Shown: positions 1 to 9,627, counted from the stretch's first letter. The stretch: 64,000 nucleotides of DNA from an uncultured delta proteobacterium (GCA_963701845.1 CAVPBF010000004.1:124449-188448); one strand, 5' to 3'. Numbers and translations are program-made. Notes: generated by a model from the letters alone, not told the origin.

Positions 1-26
1 AGTTTTCCTACCCGAGAGCCCTCTTC

Positions 27-1360
27 ATGACCAATGAAAACCTCCCGCCTCGAATCCACGTGCTGGCCAAGCCCACCGGGGCGACTTGCAACCTGAACTG
101 CTCCTATTGCTTTTTTCTGAACAAAGAGCTGCTCTACCCCGGCAGTCACTTTCGCATGAGTGACGAGGTGCTGGAGCATTATATCCGGCAGCTCATCGAG
201 TCCCATCGCGCCAATAAGGTGACGGTGGCCTGGCAGGGTGGAGAACCCACCTTGATGGGCCTCGACTTCTATAGGCGCGCCATCGAATACCAGAACCAGT
301 ACCAGCGGCCGGGCATGACCTTCGAGAACACCATGCAGACCAACGGCACGCTCCTGAACGACGAATGGTGCGAGTTCTTCCGGGAGCACGGCTTCCTCAT
401 CGGCATCAGTATCGACGGTCCCCGCGAACTGCACGATGCCCACCGGGTGGACAAGAGCGGCAGGCCCACCTTTGACCGGGTGATGCGAGGCCTCCGGCTG
501 TTGCAGAAGCATGGGGTGGAATACAATATTCTGACCACCGTCAATCGGCTCAACGCTGATCACCCCCTCGAAGTCTACCGCTTTCTCCGGGACGAAGCCG
601 GCGCCACCTGGATGCAGTTCATTCCGGCGATCGAGCGCCTCAACGAAGCGGGGGTCTCCCTCTGCCAGGAAGGGACCACCGTTTCGGAGCGTTCGGTGCT
701 GCCGGAACAGCTCGGTAATTTCCTGAGCACCATTTTTGACGAGTGGGTCCGGAATGACGTCGGCCGGGTGTTCGTGCAGACCTTCGAGGCGACGGTGAGG
801 AACTGGCTGGGCCTGCCCTCCTCCGGCATGTGCGTCTTCGATGCCACCTGCGGTCATGGACTCGCCCTGGAGCACAACGGCGATCTGTACTCCTGCGACC
901 ATTTTGTCGAGCCCAAGCACTTGCTGGGCAACATCCGGCAAAACCACATGATCGAGTTGGCGGGCTCCGACCAGCAGCATACCTTTGGCCGCGACAAGCT
1001 GGAGACACTGCCCCGTTATTGCCGGGAATGCGAGGTGGGATTTGCCTGTAAGGGTGAATGTCCCAAGAATCGGTTTCTCACCACGCCGGATGGGGAACCG
1101 GGGCTGAACTACCTGTGTGCGGGTTACCGGGCGTTCTTCCAGCACGTCGACCGGCCCCTTGAAGATCATGGCCGGTCTGCTGCGCCGGGGCTATCCGGCC
1201 GCGCAGGTCATGCAGGTTCTCGCTGGAGGAGGAAGGCAAGTCGGCCCAGGCGTCTGCCAAAACCGGCCGCAATGATCCCTGCCCCTGCGGCAGTGGTCGC
1301 AAGTTCAAGAAATGTCATGGCCGGGAGGTAACTGTCCAAGCCAGGAGAACTTCTCTGTAG
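27..1360 (+). CDS. anaerobic sulfatase-maturating enzyme (radical SAM + SPASM); the 3' end needs two frame changes and ends in a SEC-C-like [14 protein letters not shown] tail
   Basis: ORF 27..1331 carries CNLNCSYCF (CxxxCxxC), GGEPTL and a Cys-rich SPASM region ([29 protein letters not shown]). After about 1155 the expected continuation runs in the other two frames (..[23 protein letters not shown].. then ..[36 protein letters not shown]), with a stop at 1358-1360. It sits next to a Cys-type sulfatase. Confidence 0.85.
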
Positions 1361-1447
1361 TCAACGCGGCCTCAACCATGCCGGAAAAGCCCTGAATCAG
1401 GATTCCTGGCGTGATGATCAACGTCCAACCCCCTAAAAGGAGGATTT

Positions 1448-2941
1448 ATGCCAGCAGAGAAGAAACCGAACATTCTGGTCATCTGGGGAGATGACATCGG
1501 CATGTGGAACATCAGCGCCTACAGCCATGGCATGATGGGCTACCGGACGCCGAACATCGACCGCATCGCGGCAGAAGGGATCATGTTCACCGATTGTTAC
1601 GGCGAGCAGAGCTGCACCGCGGGGCGTTCGGCCTTCATCACCGGCCAAAGTGTCTTCCGCACCGGCTTGAGCAAGGTGGGGATGCCGGGAGCCGACCTGG
1701 GCCTGCGCGGCGAGGATCCCACCATCGCCGAGTTGCTGAAGCCGCTGGGCTACGCCACCGGTCAGTTCGGCAAGAATCACCTGGGCGACAAGGACGAATT
1801 CCTGCCCACGAACCACGGGTTCGACGAGTTCTTCGGCTTCCTCTACCACCTGAACGCCTGCGAGGAGCCGGAACTGCGCGACTACCCCCCGGAAGCGGAC
1901 TTCCCCAACTTCAGGAAAAACTACGGACCCCGGGGCGTGCTCCGCTGTTCTGCCGACGGCCGCATCGAAGACACCGGCCAGCTGACCAAAAAGCGGATGG
2001 AGACCATCGACGATGAGGTCCTGGCCGCGGCCACGGAATACATCGACCGCCAGGCCAAGGCCGATAAGCCGTTCTTCGTGTGGTTCAACACCTCGCACAT
2101 GCACTTCCGCACCCATGCCAAGCCCGAGAGCCTGGGCCAGTCCGGGCGCTGGCAGTCGGAATACCACGACGTCATGATCGACCACGATAAGTGCGTGGGC
2201 GCCCTGCTGAAGCAGCTGGACGACCTGGGCATCGCCGACAACACCATCGTCATGTACAGCACCGACAACGGGCCCCATATGAACTCCTGGCCCGACGGCG
2301 CCATGACCCCTTTCCGCAACGAGAAGGACTCCAACTGGGAGGGCGCCTTCCGGGTGCCGGCCATGATGCGCTGGCCCGGCAAGATCAAGGCCGGCACCGT
2401 GTCCAACGAGATCGTCAGCCACCTGGATTGGCTGCCCACCTTCCTGGCCGCCGCCGGCGACCCGAACATCAAGGAGAAGCTCCTCAAAGGGCATCAGGCG
2501 GGCGCCAAGACCTTCAAGGTGCACCTGGACGGCTACAACCTCCTGCCTTTCTTGAAGGGCGAGGTGAAGAAGAGCCCCCGGGTGGAGTACTTCTACTTCT
2601 CCGACGACGGCGACCTCATGGCCCTGCGCTACGATAACTGGAAGCTGATCTTCATGGAGCAGCGGATGGTAGGCACCCTGCGGATCTGGCAGGAGCCGTT
2701 GGTGCCGTTGCGGTTTCCGAAGCTCTTCAACCTGCGCACCGACCCCTTCGAGCGGGCCGACATCACCTCGAACACTTACTGGGACTGGATTCTCGATCAC
2801 GTCTACCTGTTTCTGCCGGCGCAGAAATACGTGGGGGAATTCCTGATGACGTTCAAGGAGTACCCCCCGCGCCAGAAGGCGGCGAGCTTCACCATCGACC
2901 AGGTGTTGCAGAAGCTCCTGGGGGGCGCCGGCAGCCGCTAA
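1448..2941 (+). CDS. arylsulfatase (Cys-type formylglycine sulfatase)
   Basis: 497-aa ORF. N-terminal NILVIWGDDIG, formylglycine motif SCTAGRSAFITGQ (C-x-A-x-R) and GKNHLGD. Lies immediately downstream of the anSME. Confidence 0.9.
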   Translation: MPAEKKPNILVIWGDDIGMWNISAYSHGMMGYRTPNIDRIAAEGIMFTDCYGEQSCTAGRSAFITGQSVFRTGLSKVGMPGADLGLRGEDPTIAELLKPLGYATGQFGKNHLGDKDEFLPTNHGFDEFFGFLYHLNACEEPELRDYPPEADFPNFRKNYGPRGVLRCSADGRIEDTGQLTKKRMETIDDEVLAAATEYIDRQAKADKPFFVWFNTSHMHFRTHAKPESLGQSGRWQSEYHDVMIDHDKCVGALLKQLDDLGIADNTIVMYSTDNGPHMNSWPDGAMTPFRNEKDSNWEGAFRVPAMMRWPGKIKAGTVSNEIVSHLDWLPTFLAAAGDPNIKEKLLKGHQAGAKTFKVHLDGYNLLPFLKGEVKKSPRVEYFYFSDDGDLMALRYDNWKLIFMEQRMVGTLRIWQEPLVPLRFPKLFNLRTDPFERADITSNTYWDWILDHVYLFLPAQKYVGEFLMTFKEYPPRQKAASFTIDQVLQKLLGGAGSR

Positions 2942-2965
2942 CAGTGCCACGAAACAGGAAAACCT

Positions 2966-3010
2966 TGCCTCCGCAGATCCACAGATCTCCGTGGATCTGC
3001 GGAGGCAGTT
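2966..3010 (+). terminator. long perfect hairpin downstream of the sulfatase gene (probable terminator)
   Basis: tgcctccgcagatccac (2966-2982) pairs perfectly with gtggatctgcggaggca (2991-3007) around an 8-nt loop. Only a short gttt follows, so the T-tract is weak. Confidence 0.6.
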
Positions 3011-3073
3011 TGCCCCAGACAATATGACGAAATTGGGTTGATGCAGGAAAGCCCGCTAAGGCAAGAGGTTTAT

Positions 3074-4140
3074 ATGGGTCCTTTTTCGCACGTCTCCATT
3101 CTCAGACGCCTTAATAATTTTCTTTTTAACCCTGGGTCCGCTCAAGGCCATCGCGCCCTTTTGCGCAGTTGACCCAGGGAACCGACCCCGCGTTTCGCCG
3201 GGCCGTGGCCTGGCGGGCTACCGCAATTGCCACCATCATCGTCTTCGCGGTGGCCCTGCTGGGCGCCCTCGTGTTGGAAAATTGGCGTGTTTCCATTGCT
3301 GCGATCGTCATTACCGCTGGCATCATCCTCTTCTGCCAGGCATTTCAGCTGATCATGCAGCCGCTGGCAGCAGCGTCCTCGCCCACCCCGCCAGGCGCTG
3401 ATCAGTCTCCGCCATCCCTGGCAATTGCCACCTTTCCCCTGGCCATTCCCGTCCTGGTCACTGCTCCCGGCATCGCGGCCATTGCCGCTTTCATGGCTAT
3501 TGCTGCCGGCAACTGGACTGAAAAGGGCATCGTTTTCGCGGCTTTGCTGGTGATTATGGGGCTGAACCTGGTCACCCTGCTCAACATCGAGGTGATTTCG
3601 AAGCGCGGGTCCCCTGCGGTGCAACGGGTATTTGGCTGGGTGATGGCCGTGCTCCAGGCGGCGTTGGCGGCGCAATATATCATTAATGGCCTCATTCGTT
3701 TAGGGGTTCTCTCCCCGTCTGGTCTCATAGGGAAAGATATAGAGATGGATGAACATCCGAAGGAGATGAATGTTTCCAACGAACTCGCCAAAGAGCGGAC
3801 TCGGGAGGCTGCTGACCGCACCCTCATGGCCTGGATTCGCACCTGCCTGTCGCTGATCGGGTTTGGGTTTGGCATCGCTAAATTCCGGGACATTCTGGCA
3901 GAAGCTGGCCTGCGCCGAGGCCCCGAACACTTTCATTCCACCATGATTTTCGGATTGAGTTTTATCTCCCTCGGGATTTTCGGTCTCCTCGCCGCGGTTG
4001 TCCAACATTGGCGAATTCTGCAACATATCAAGTTTGGGGATTTCCAATATACCGGGTTCAGGCCAGTGGTAATGATAACCGCGATCTTGTTGCTGCTCAT
4101 CGGTCTCTTTGCTTTCATCTCCATCTTGCTAAGGCTTTAA
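3074..4140 (+). CDS. MarC-family-like membrane protein running without a stop into a DUF202 (YidH-like) domain; N-terminus needs two frame corrections
   Basis: ATG 3074 follows AAGAGG. MGPFSHVSILRRLNNF.. continues as LTLGPLKAIAPF and then AQLTQGTDPAF.. (ORF 3169..4140) after shifts in T-runs 3123-3127 and 3159-3162. A multi-TM MarC-like body (FPLAIPVLVTAPG) is followed from M at 3745 by a DUF202-like MDEHPKEMNVSNELAKERT..RTLMAWIRTCLSLIGFGFG. Confidence 0.55.
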
Positions 4141-4432
4141 CAGCCCAGTGCGAGATAGAAGTATTAGAGCGCAATAGATTGAAAATCACCAGTACCTTGG
4201 AATGGCCTGCTTGTTGATAACTCCTCCTATATGCAAAGTCAAGTTGGCAATCTGCCCCGGTATTCTTTCAGAATCCAAACCAGTCTCATATTCGCGGTTC
4301 CCCGCTCAGGTGGGACCGCTCGATAGCTTGCCAGGAGCGACAGTTATCGTCAGATGATAAGAAATTGTAGGTATGATGTCGATATAGAATTGGGCAGGGC
4401 CTATCGGGTCGAGGTTTCTGCGCTTGACTCCG

Positions 4433-5593
4433 CTACTTACTATCCAGGTTTCCCCTTTTGAGAGCGCTGCCGTTCATCGCCTGATTAAGCAGGTCCCCCG
4501 CCACGTCAGAGGCCCGGTGTAGTGCTTCATCCCTCAGGTGGGCGTATCTCTGCGTCATGGCGGCGCTCTTGTGAGTCAAGAGCTTTTGCAGGGTGTAGAG
4601 GTCCACCTGTCCCGATGAGGCCAGCATAGAGGCGTAGGTGTGCCTGAGGCCATGCAAGGCTCGGAAGTCCTTGGGGAGGCCCGCCGCCTCTTTAATGCGA
4701 GTTACTTGCTTGTTAATGTCGGTGCGCTGGTTTCCCCCACGTCCAGGGAAAACAAAAGGGCTGCCGGTCCTGGGGTGCGCCGCCAGGAGCTCGCGAGCCG
4801 CCTGGTTCAGGGGTATCTTTTGGTCAACCCCGCCTTTGGGTCCCCGGATATGGATAAACCTTCGCTCAAAATCCACGTCCTGCCATTGTAGCCGGAACAG
4901 TTCGCCCCGCCTCATGCCGGTGAACAGAGCCATTTTCATAAAATTGGCGGCCTGTTGGTTAAGGTCCTGTTCTATGGCCTCCAGCAGGGCGGTAAGCTGC
5001 TCTGGGTTGAGGTCTTCGGTCTTCTTATTATGAACCTTGGGGAGTTCTATCTTAAAGGGTGTGCCAGGGCAGAGACCCTTATTAGCGCCAAAATTGATAA
5101 CCCGTTTCAGCAGGGCCAGGACGTGCTTGACGGTTTGAGGCTTCCGGGTTTTCGCCACGCCGATCCGCAGCCGATCAACCTCCAGGTAGGCGATATCTTG
5201 GGGTTCCTTTTTCCCCAGGCCCGCCTTGAGGTATTTTTCATACCGGCCCCGATCCACCTTTAACCCCTTGGAGTCGTGTTTCTGGGCGCTGTATTCCTGC
5301 CAGAGACGGTCAACCGTCCAGCGCCCCGCCTCTGCTTTTATGTCCGCTTCCCGTTGCTCCCTGGCCTCCTGGCGGGATGGTTTCTTGCCTTGCACCCGTT
5401 CAGAGCGAAGCATGGAGGCCCTGGCCGGGGTCATGTCGTCCTGAAGTTGCCGCCCCGCCTTTTCCTCAATCATCTTCCCGGCCTTGCGATAGCGGATATA
5501 GAAAATTTTTTCAGGCTTGCCCGTGGACGGTGAAGTCCCCTCGATGAAGAACACTCCGGGGTAGTTCGTCTTCATTCTCTTTAAAATCGGCAT
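4433..5593 (-). CDS. tyrosine-type site-specific integrase (phage/island integrase)
   Basis: Catalytic C-terminal motifs: MALFTGMRRGEL (Arg), HGLRHTYASML (H-x-x-R), LLTHKSAAMTQRYAHL (His/Tyr). Preferred start is MPILKRM at 5593, behind GGGAGG; the ORF-track start at 5641 is probably too long. Confidence 0.9.
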   Translation of the reverse strand: MPILKRMKTNYPGVFFIEGTSPSTGKPEKIFYIRYRKAGKMIEEKAGRQLQDDMTPARASMLRSERVQGKKPSRQEAREQREADIKAEAGRWTVDRLWQEYSAQKHDSKGLKVDRGRYEKYLKAGLGKKEPQDIAYLEVDRLRIGVAKTRKPQTVKHVLALLKRVINFGANKGLCPGTPFKIELPKVHNKKTEDLNPEQLTALLEAIEQDLNQQAANFMKMALFTGMRRGELFRLQWQDVDFERRFIHIRGPKGGVDQKIPLNQAARELLAAHPRTGSPFVFPGRGGNQRTDINKQVTRIKEAAGLPKDFRALHGLRHTYASMLASSGQVDLYTLQKLLTHKSAAMTQRYAHLRDEALHRASDVAGDLLNQAMNGSALKRGNLDSK

Positions 5594-5777
5594 TGCCTCT
5601 GCCTCCCACGGTGATTTTATTCCCCACACTATTCCCCACACTTGAGACTAATATAAGGGTATAAATGAGTAAGTCAAGAAAAAAGTGAGGACAGAAAATG
5701 CCATGTAATCAATGGTTTATAAGAAAGGTGGGTAAGGGCCAGTAAACTATACCCTCTGGCCTGTCACGCCGGAGGTC

Positions 5778-5805
5778 GCGAGTTCGAGTCTCGTCGTCCC
5801 CGCCA
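5778..5805 (+). other. tRNA 3'-end remnant (T-arm, acceptor 3' strand, G73, CCA); candidate integrase attachment-site scar
   Basis: gcgag-ttcgagt-ctcgt T-arm followed by cgtcccc-g-cca. No complementary 5' acceptor strand (ggggacg) or anticodon arm within 100 nt upstream. A canonical terminator follows. About 185 bp from the integrase start. Confidence 0.55.
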
Positions 5806-5815
5806 AAGAAATCAA

Positions 5816-5849
5816 GGGGTTAGCTCAAAGGGGCTAACCCTTCTTTTTT
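5816..5849 (+). terminator. rho-independent terminator
   Basis: gggttagc / gctaaccc 8-bp stem followed by ttctttttt. Confidence 0.7.
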
Positions 5850-5972
5850 GGCCAACCTGCACGGCAACCTGATTCCGGGCCGGGGCGAATAACCGATGGG
5901 GCGGTTTGACTGATTGCCGCGGTAGAGGCGATTTGATAGAATTCAGCTGATAGAGATTAAAGGAACCTCCTT

Positions 5973-6188
5973 ATGTGTGTTGCCCGGACCCTGACTCATA
6001 TTTCCGATGTCACCGGTTTTGACCGGGAGGCATATTTTGCCACCCCTGATGAGGTCAGGGCCTATTTTATCGTGGAAGTCATGGAGCTTAACTATCCCGG
6101 CTGGTCTAAAAAGACCGGCCTGCAGCAAGCCGATTTGGATGAAATGGCCGGAGCGGTGATCCATCACCGGTGGCACTGCCTTTTTTAG
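5973..6188 (+). CDS. hypothetical small protein (71 aa)
   Basis: ORF with an AAAGGAA-like RBS and non-degenerate composition. No recognisable family. Confidence 0.35.
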   Translation: MCVARTLTHISDVTGFDREAYFATPDEVRAYFIVEVMELNYPGWSKKTGLQQADLDEMAGAVIHHRWHCLF

Positions 6189-6235
6189 CCCCTCCGGCAA
6201 TTTTGTTTAGGGCGGCTGCCCGAGGCGTTTGACCA

Positions 6236-7096
6236 ATGACTGACTTTAAGTCGAATGGAGATGCAGGCATGCAGTTTGAAGGAACCGACCGCTATTATCT
6301 GAATGCTGAGCTGCGGGAGATCGTCAATATCGCCATTGCCATGGAGAAGCCGCTCCTGCTCACGGGCGAGGCCGGGACCGGCAAGACGCAGCTCGCCTTT
6401 GAAATTGCCCGGGCGCTCGACCTGAACATGGAGGAGGCCCGCTGCAAGTCCACCTTCAAGGGCGAGGAACTCTGCTATGTCTATGACACCGTGCTGCGCT
6501 TGAACGACTCCCGCTTCGGCAGTGGCGAGACGGAGCGGGCCGTCAACAACATTTGGGATTACCTGCGTTTTGGCCCCATCGGCCGGGCGTTCCTGGCCGA
6601 AGACCGGCGCATCCTCCTGATCGACGAGATTGACAAGACCGATTCGGACACCCAGGACAACCTGCTGGACGTGCTGGAGGATAATTCCTTCGTTATCCGG
6701 GAGATCAATTATAAGGTGACCGCCCGGCTGCGGCCGATCATCATCATTACCAGCAATGCCAAGCGGGAGCTGTCGGACCCTTTTCTGCGCCGCTGCTTCT
6801 GTCATTACATCCCGTTTCCGAGTCGGGAGGAAATGATCCGCATCGTTTGCCTCCACCATCCCAGCCTGCCGGAGCCCTTTCTGGAAGCCAGCCTGAACAG
6901 CTTCTACCGCCTGAGAGAGCAGGGCTTCGAGAAGCCGCCCGCCACCGCCGAATTACTGGATTGGCTGGGCTCCATGCAGGCCGCCGGGGTGCAGGCTCCC
7001 GGCACGGATAAAGACCTGGCCCACATCGGCACCCTGCTGAAGCGCACCGAGGATTTGTTGAAGTTTAAAGGGGTTACCAAGCCGGGGCGGTTTTAA
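6236..7096 (+). CDS. MoxR/CoxD-like AAA+ ATPase
   Basis: Walker A LLLTGEAGTGKTQLA and Walker B ILLIDEIDK. Size and pairing with a downstream VWA/CoxE-like gene are typical of MoxR-VWA pairs. Confidence 0.85.
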   Translation: MTDFKSNGDAGMQFEGTDRYYLNAELREIVNIAIAMEKPLLLTGEAGTGKTQLAFEIARALDLNMEEARCKSTFKGEELCYVYDTVLRLNDSRFGSGETERAVNNIWDYLRFGPIGRAFLAEDRRILLIDEIDKTDSDTQDNLLDVLEDNSFVIREINYKVTARLRPIIIITSNAKRELSDPFLRRCFCHYIPFPSREEMIRIVCLHHPSLPEPFLEASLNSFYRLREQGFEKPPATAELLDWLGSMQAAGVQAPGTDKDLAHIGTLLKRTEDLLKFKGVTKPGRF

Positions 7097-7148
7097 GCGA
7101 GCCCTATGGGCGGACACTTAGGTCCGCCCCTACGGCCAAGGTGACGGC

Positions 7149-8348
7149 ATGGTTGGTTTCATCTATGAATTGCGCGAGGCCGGGGTCCCGGTAAGCGTCC
7201 GGTATATCCTGGAATTCTACCAGGCTTTGCGGCGCGGCATCGCCGCGAATCTCGAACAGCTCTTCCTCCTGGCCCGGCTCGTTTTCGTCAAGCGGGTCGA
7301 ACACTACGATATCTTCGAACAGGTGTTTTCCGCCTACTTCCTGAAATCCGGGCTGTATCGCAAGATGCGCAACTGGGAAGAGCTGCTGGATGGCAAGCCT
7401 TTCCGGGAGTGGCTCCAGGAACAGATCGATAACGGCAGCATCACCCCCGAGGAGATCCGCCAGTTCGGTAACGAAGAGTTGCTGGCCCGTTTCTGGGAGA
7501 CCGTCCTGGCGCAACAAGCGCAGCACCAGGGCGGCAGCACCTGGGTCGGCACCCGGGGAAGATCGCCCTTCGGGCACAGCGGCCAACACGCCGGCGGCAT
7601 CCGGGTCTACGGCCAGAGCCTGTACCGATCGGCCCAGAAGGTGATCGATTCCCGGCGCTATATCGATTACAGCGAGAGATCGACGCTTTCGAATGAAAAC
7701 CTGCGCCAGGCCCTGGCCTGCCTCAGGAGCCTCAGACCGATGGGCCCGGAAACCGAGTTGGATATCGATGCGACCATCGCCCGCACCGCCAAAAACGGCG
7801 GCGAAATCGAGCTGGTGTTCGAACGGGAATTGCGCAACCGCTTGAAGTTGATCGTCCTCCTCGATAACGGCGGCTATTCCATGGACCCGCATATCCCCCT
7901 GGTTCGAACGATCTTCACCAAGCTGCGGGATCTCTTCCAGGATGTTCAGTTCTATTATTTTCATAACTGCATTTACGGCGCCGTGTACAAGGATCCGCGG
8001 CGGCGGGAGCCGGTGAAATGGGAAAAATTCCTGAGTGAAGCGAAGAGCACCCGTCTGGTGATTATCGCCGACGCCAATATGGCGCCCTCTGAGTTGATGG
8101 CCGCCAGCGGCTCCATCGATATTCATACCAGCGCCCGGAAGCCCGGCCTGGAGTGGCTCGAAGAACTGCGGGCGGCTTACCCGGTAAACGTCTGGCTCAA
8201 CCCCATCCGGAAGGCCTACTGGGCGCATGAAAGCATGACCGTGCGGCAGATTGGCCGGGTCTTTCACATGGAAGACCTCACCCTGGCCGGCATCAAGAGT
8301 GCGGTGGCCTACCTGAACCTCCAGGGCCAGACCTTCGATAATCTTTAG
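7149..8348 (+). CDS. VWA domain-containing CoxE-like protein
   Basis: 399-aa ORF. N-terminus MVGFIYELREAGVPVSVRYILEFYQAL matches the CoxE-family pattern, with a C-terminal VWA-like LIVLLDNGGYSM. A hairpin at 8345-8367 spans the stop codon. Confidence 0.8.
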   Translation: MVGFIYELREAGVPVSVRYILEFYQALRRGIAANLEQLFLLARLVFVKRVEHYDIFEQVFSAYFLKSGLYRKMRNWEELLDGKPFREWLQEQIDNGSITPEEIRQFGNEELLARFWETVLAQQAQHQGGSTWVGTRGRSPFGHSGQHAGGIRVYGQSLYRSAQKVIDSRRYIDYSERSTLSNENLRQALACLRSLRPMGPETELDIDATIARTAKNGGEIELVFERELRNRLKLIVLLDNGGYSMDPHIPLVRTIFTKLRDLFQDVQFYYFHNCIYGAVYKDPRRREPVKWEKFLSEAKSTRLVIIADANMAPSELMAASGSIDIHTSARKPGLEWLEELRAAYPVNVWLNPIRKAYWAHESMTVRQIGRVFHMEDLTLAGIKSAVAYLNLQGQTFDNL

Positions 8349-8700
8349 CCGGCTTCCCGCCGGCTAACCACAGCCGGCCTTAATCCCCATCCCCAAGTCT
8401 TGAAATCCGCTCAGATCCCCAGAGGCAGTCAGCTCAATTTTGATTAATATTTTTGGAGATAGAGGCGATAAGCAAATAGCTCTTTTGGAGGATGCAGGAT
8501 GGCCCGAGCGGGCAATCTTGCCGGCTGCAGTCGGCGAGCAGGTCGCCCGGACTCTGCCGCCTGGCGACCGGGAAGAGCGCCCCAGCCGTATCTATCGATG
8601 TTCAGGATAGCCAATCTTTGATTAATTTCTTGAACATTCCTGTGGCTTTCGAGTGGCAGGGCGCAGCGATATTATAATGATATCAATCTGATGACCATAT

Positions 8701-8716
8701 TGGCATTGGCGTTGCA
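8701..8716 (+). promoter_or_regulatory. sigma-54 (-24/-12) promoter P1
   Basis: TGGCATtggcgTTGCA, with GG-N10-GC spacing exact. About 35 bp upstream of an RBS plus ATG at 8752. Confidence 0.6.
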
Positions 8717-8751
8717 TAATTATCCTTAAACAGACCCAACAAGAGGATGGT

Positions 8752-8859
8752 ATGAAGAGAAACCCCTTGAACCTGGCTCACAAAATATTGACCCATAAAT
8801 GGATCATCCTGTCCGTCGGCATCTTGTTGGCGGTTTTGGCTATAATGACCGATAAATAA
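8752..8859 (+). CDS. 35-aa single-TM micro-protein (below the ORF-track cutoff)
   Basis: AAGAGGATGG RBS, then ATG. Translation: MKRNPLNLAHKILTHKWIILSVGILLAVLAIMTDK. Lies directly downstream of sigma-54 promoter P1. Confidence 0.35.
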   Translation: MKRNPLNLAHKILTHKWIILSVGILLAVLAIMTDK

Positions 8860-8958
8860 TGGCGACGATGACGGACTGAAGAGTAAAAATCCTTGCAGCT
8901 GATTTTTGACCGCATATTTCAGTTTGGCGCCCCCAGGCTGCCAGGAAGAAAGGCAGGT

Positions 8959-9294
8959 ATGGAAAATCGTCAGACGCATCGGCTTTACACCAACTTCGCC
9001 ATTGAATGCCGGGCCGTCCTCCAGGATCAAGGAAGTACGTTTGCCACCCCGGCCAGGATGAAAAATATCAGCCGGGGCGGGGCTTATCTGGAATGTGACG
9101 CCGAACCCCAATTATTCCCGGGAGAGATTGGCCACTTTACCTTCAGTGCACCGGCCGGCCAACAGGAGATGGGAGACGTTCGTCTGGCCGCCAAAGCCAG
9201 GGTTTGCCGCCTTGACCGCCTCCACGGAGACCGGGCCTCTTTCGGCCTGGCGGTGGAGTTTCTTTCCGGCCCCTTGATCTTTTACCAGGAATGA
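8959..9294 (+). CDS. PilZ domain protein (putative c-di-GMP binding)
   Basis: From M at 8959 (RBS AGGAAGAAAGG): N-terminal NRQTHR (RxxxR-like) and NISRGG ((D/N)xSxxG), with PilZ-typical size. The ORF-track start at 8893 is likely too long. Confidence 0.65.
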   Translation: MENRQTHRLYTNFAIECRAVLQDQGSTFATPARMKNISRGGAYLECDAEPQLFPGEIGHFTFSAPAGQQEMGDVRLAAKARVCRLDRLHGDRASFGLAVEFLSGPLIFYQE

Positions 9295-9627
9295 AATTTA
9301 TTCCTTCAACCCACCTCGATTTCCCGGATAGCCGGTTTGACCGGCCTCGGTTCAGTGAGCTCCAAAGAGACCCCGCGGGGAAAATCCAGTTTGCCGTTTG
9401 AGCGCAGAATAGCTGTCCCCGGGTCTGTTTCCGGGTAACCTCACCTTTTTGCCGGTCCCGGTATTTCCTGATGGTTGTCGTGGATTAATGCAAAGGATAC
9501 AATTTAGCAGTGATAGAATAAAACAGCAGGCAGCATGACCATGCCGTCCTCGGCTCGTCTTGACAGGTCGACTCTCGCCGCATAAAACAAAACCAGTGAA
9601 TCTCGCGCCAAGCTTCAGGAGAAGAAA

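Noticed and set aside
1433-3022. 529-aa ORF on the minus strand spanning the whole arylsulfatase locus
   Set aside because: It is antisense to a gene with clear sulfatase motifs. Its translation is a low-complexity Gly/Ala/Val/Arg/His-rich shadow typical of GC-rich DNA, with no recognisable domain.
5729-5805. A full-length tRNA gene ending at the CCA at 5805
   Set aside because: The 3' acceptor strand cgtcccc has no complementary ggggacg upstream, and no 7-nt anticodon loop or stem can be drawn. The only upstream hairpin (ggccag..ctggcc) has a 13-nt loop. I treat it as a 3' fragment.
7104-8267. 387-aa minus-strand ORF opposite the VWA/CoxE-like gene (similar cases at 6185..6859, 9352..10632, 43400..44095, 47354..48136 and 57193..57933)
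   Set aside because: All are antisense shadows of confidently recognised genes. They have biased composition, no RBS logic and no family resemblance.
8683-9111. 142-aa minus-strand ORF across the P1 / micro-ORF / PilZ start region
   Set aside because: It overlaps a strong plus-strand sigma-54 promoter, an RBS-led micro-ORF and the PilZ start. Its composition is unremarkable and it has no family resemblance.
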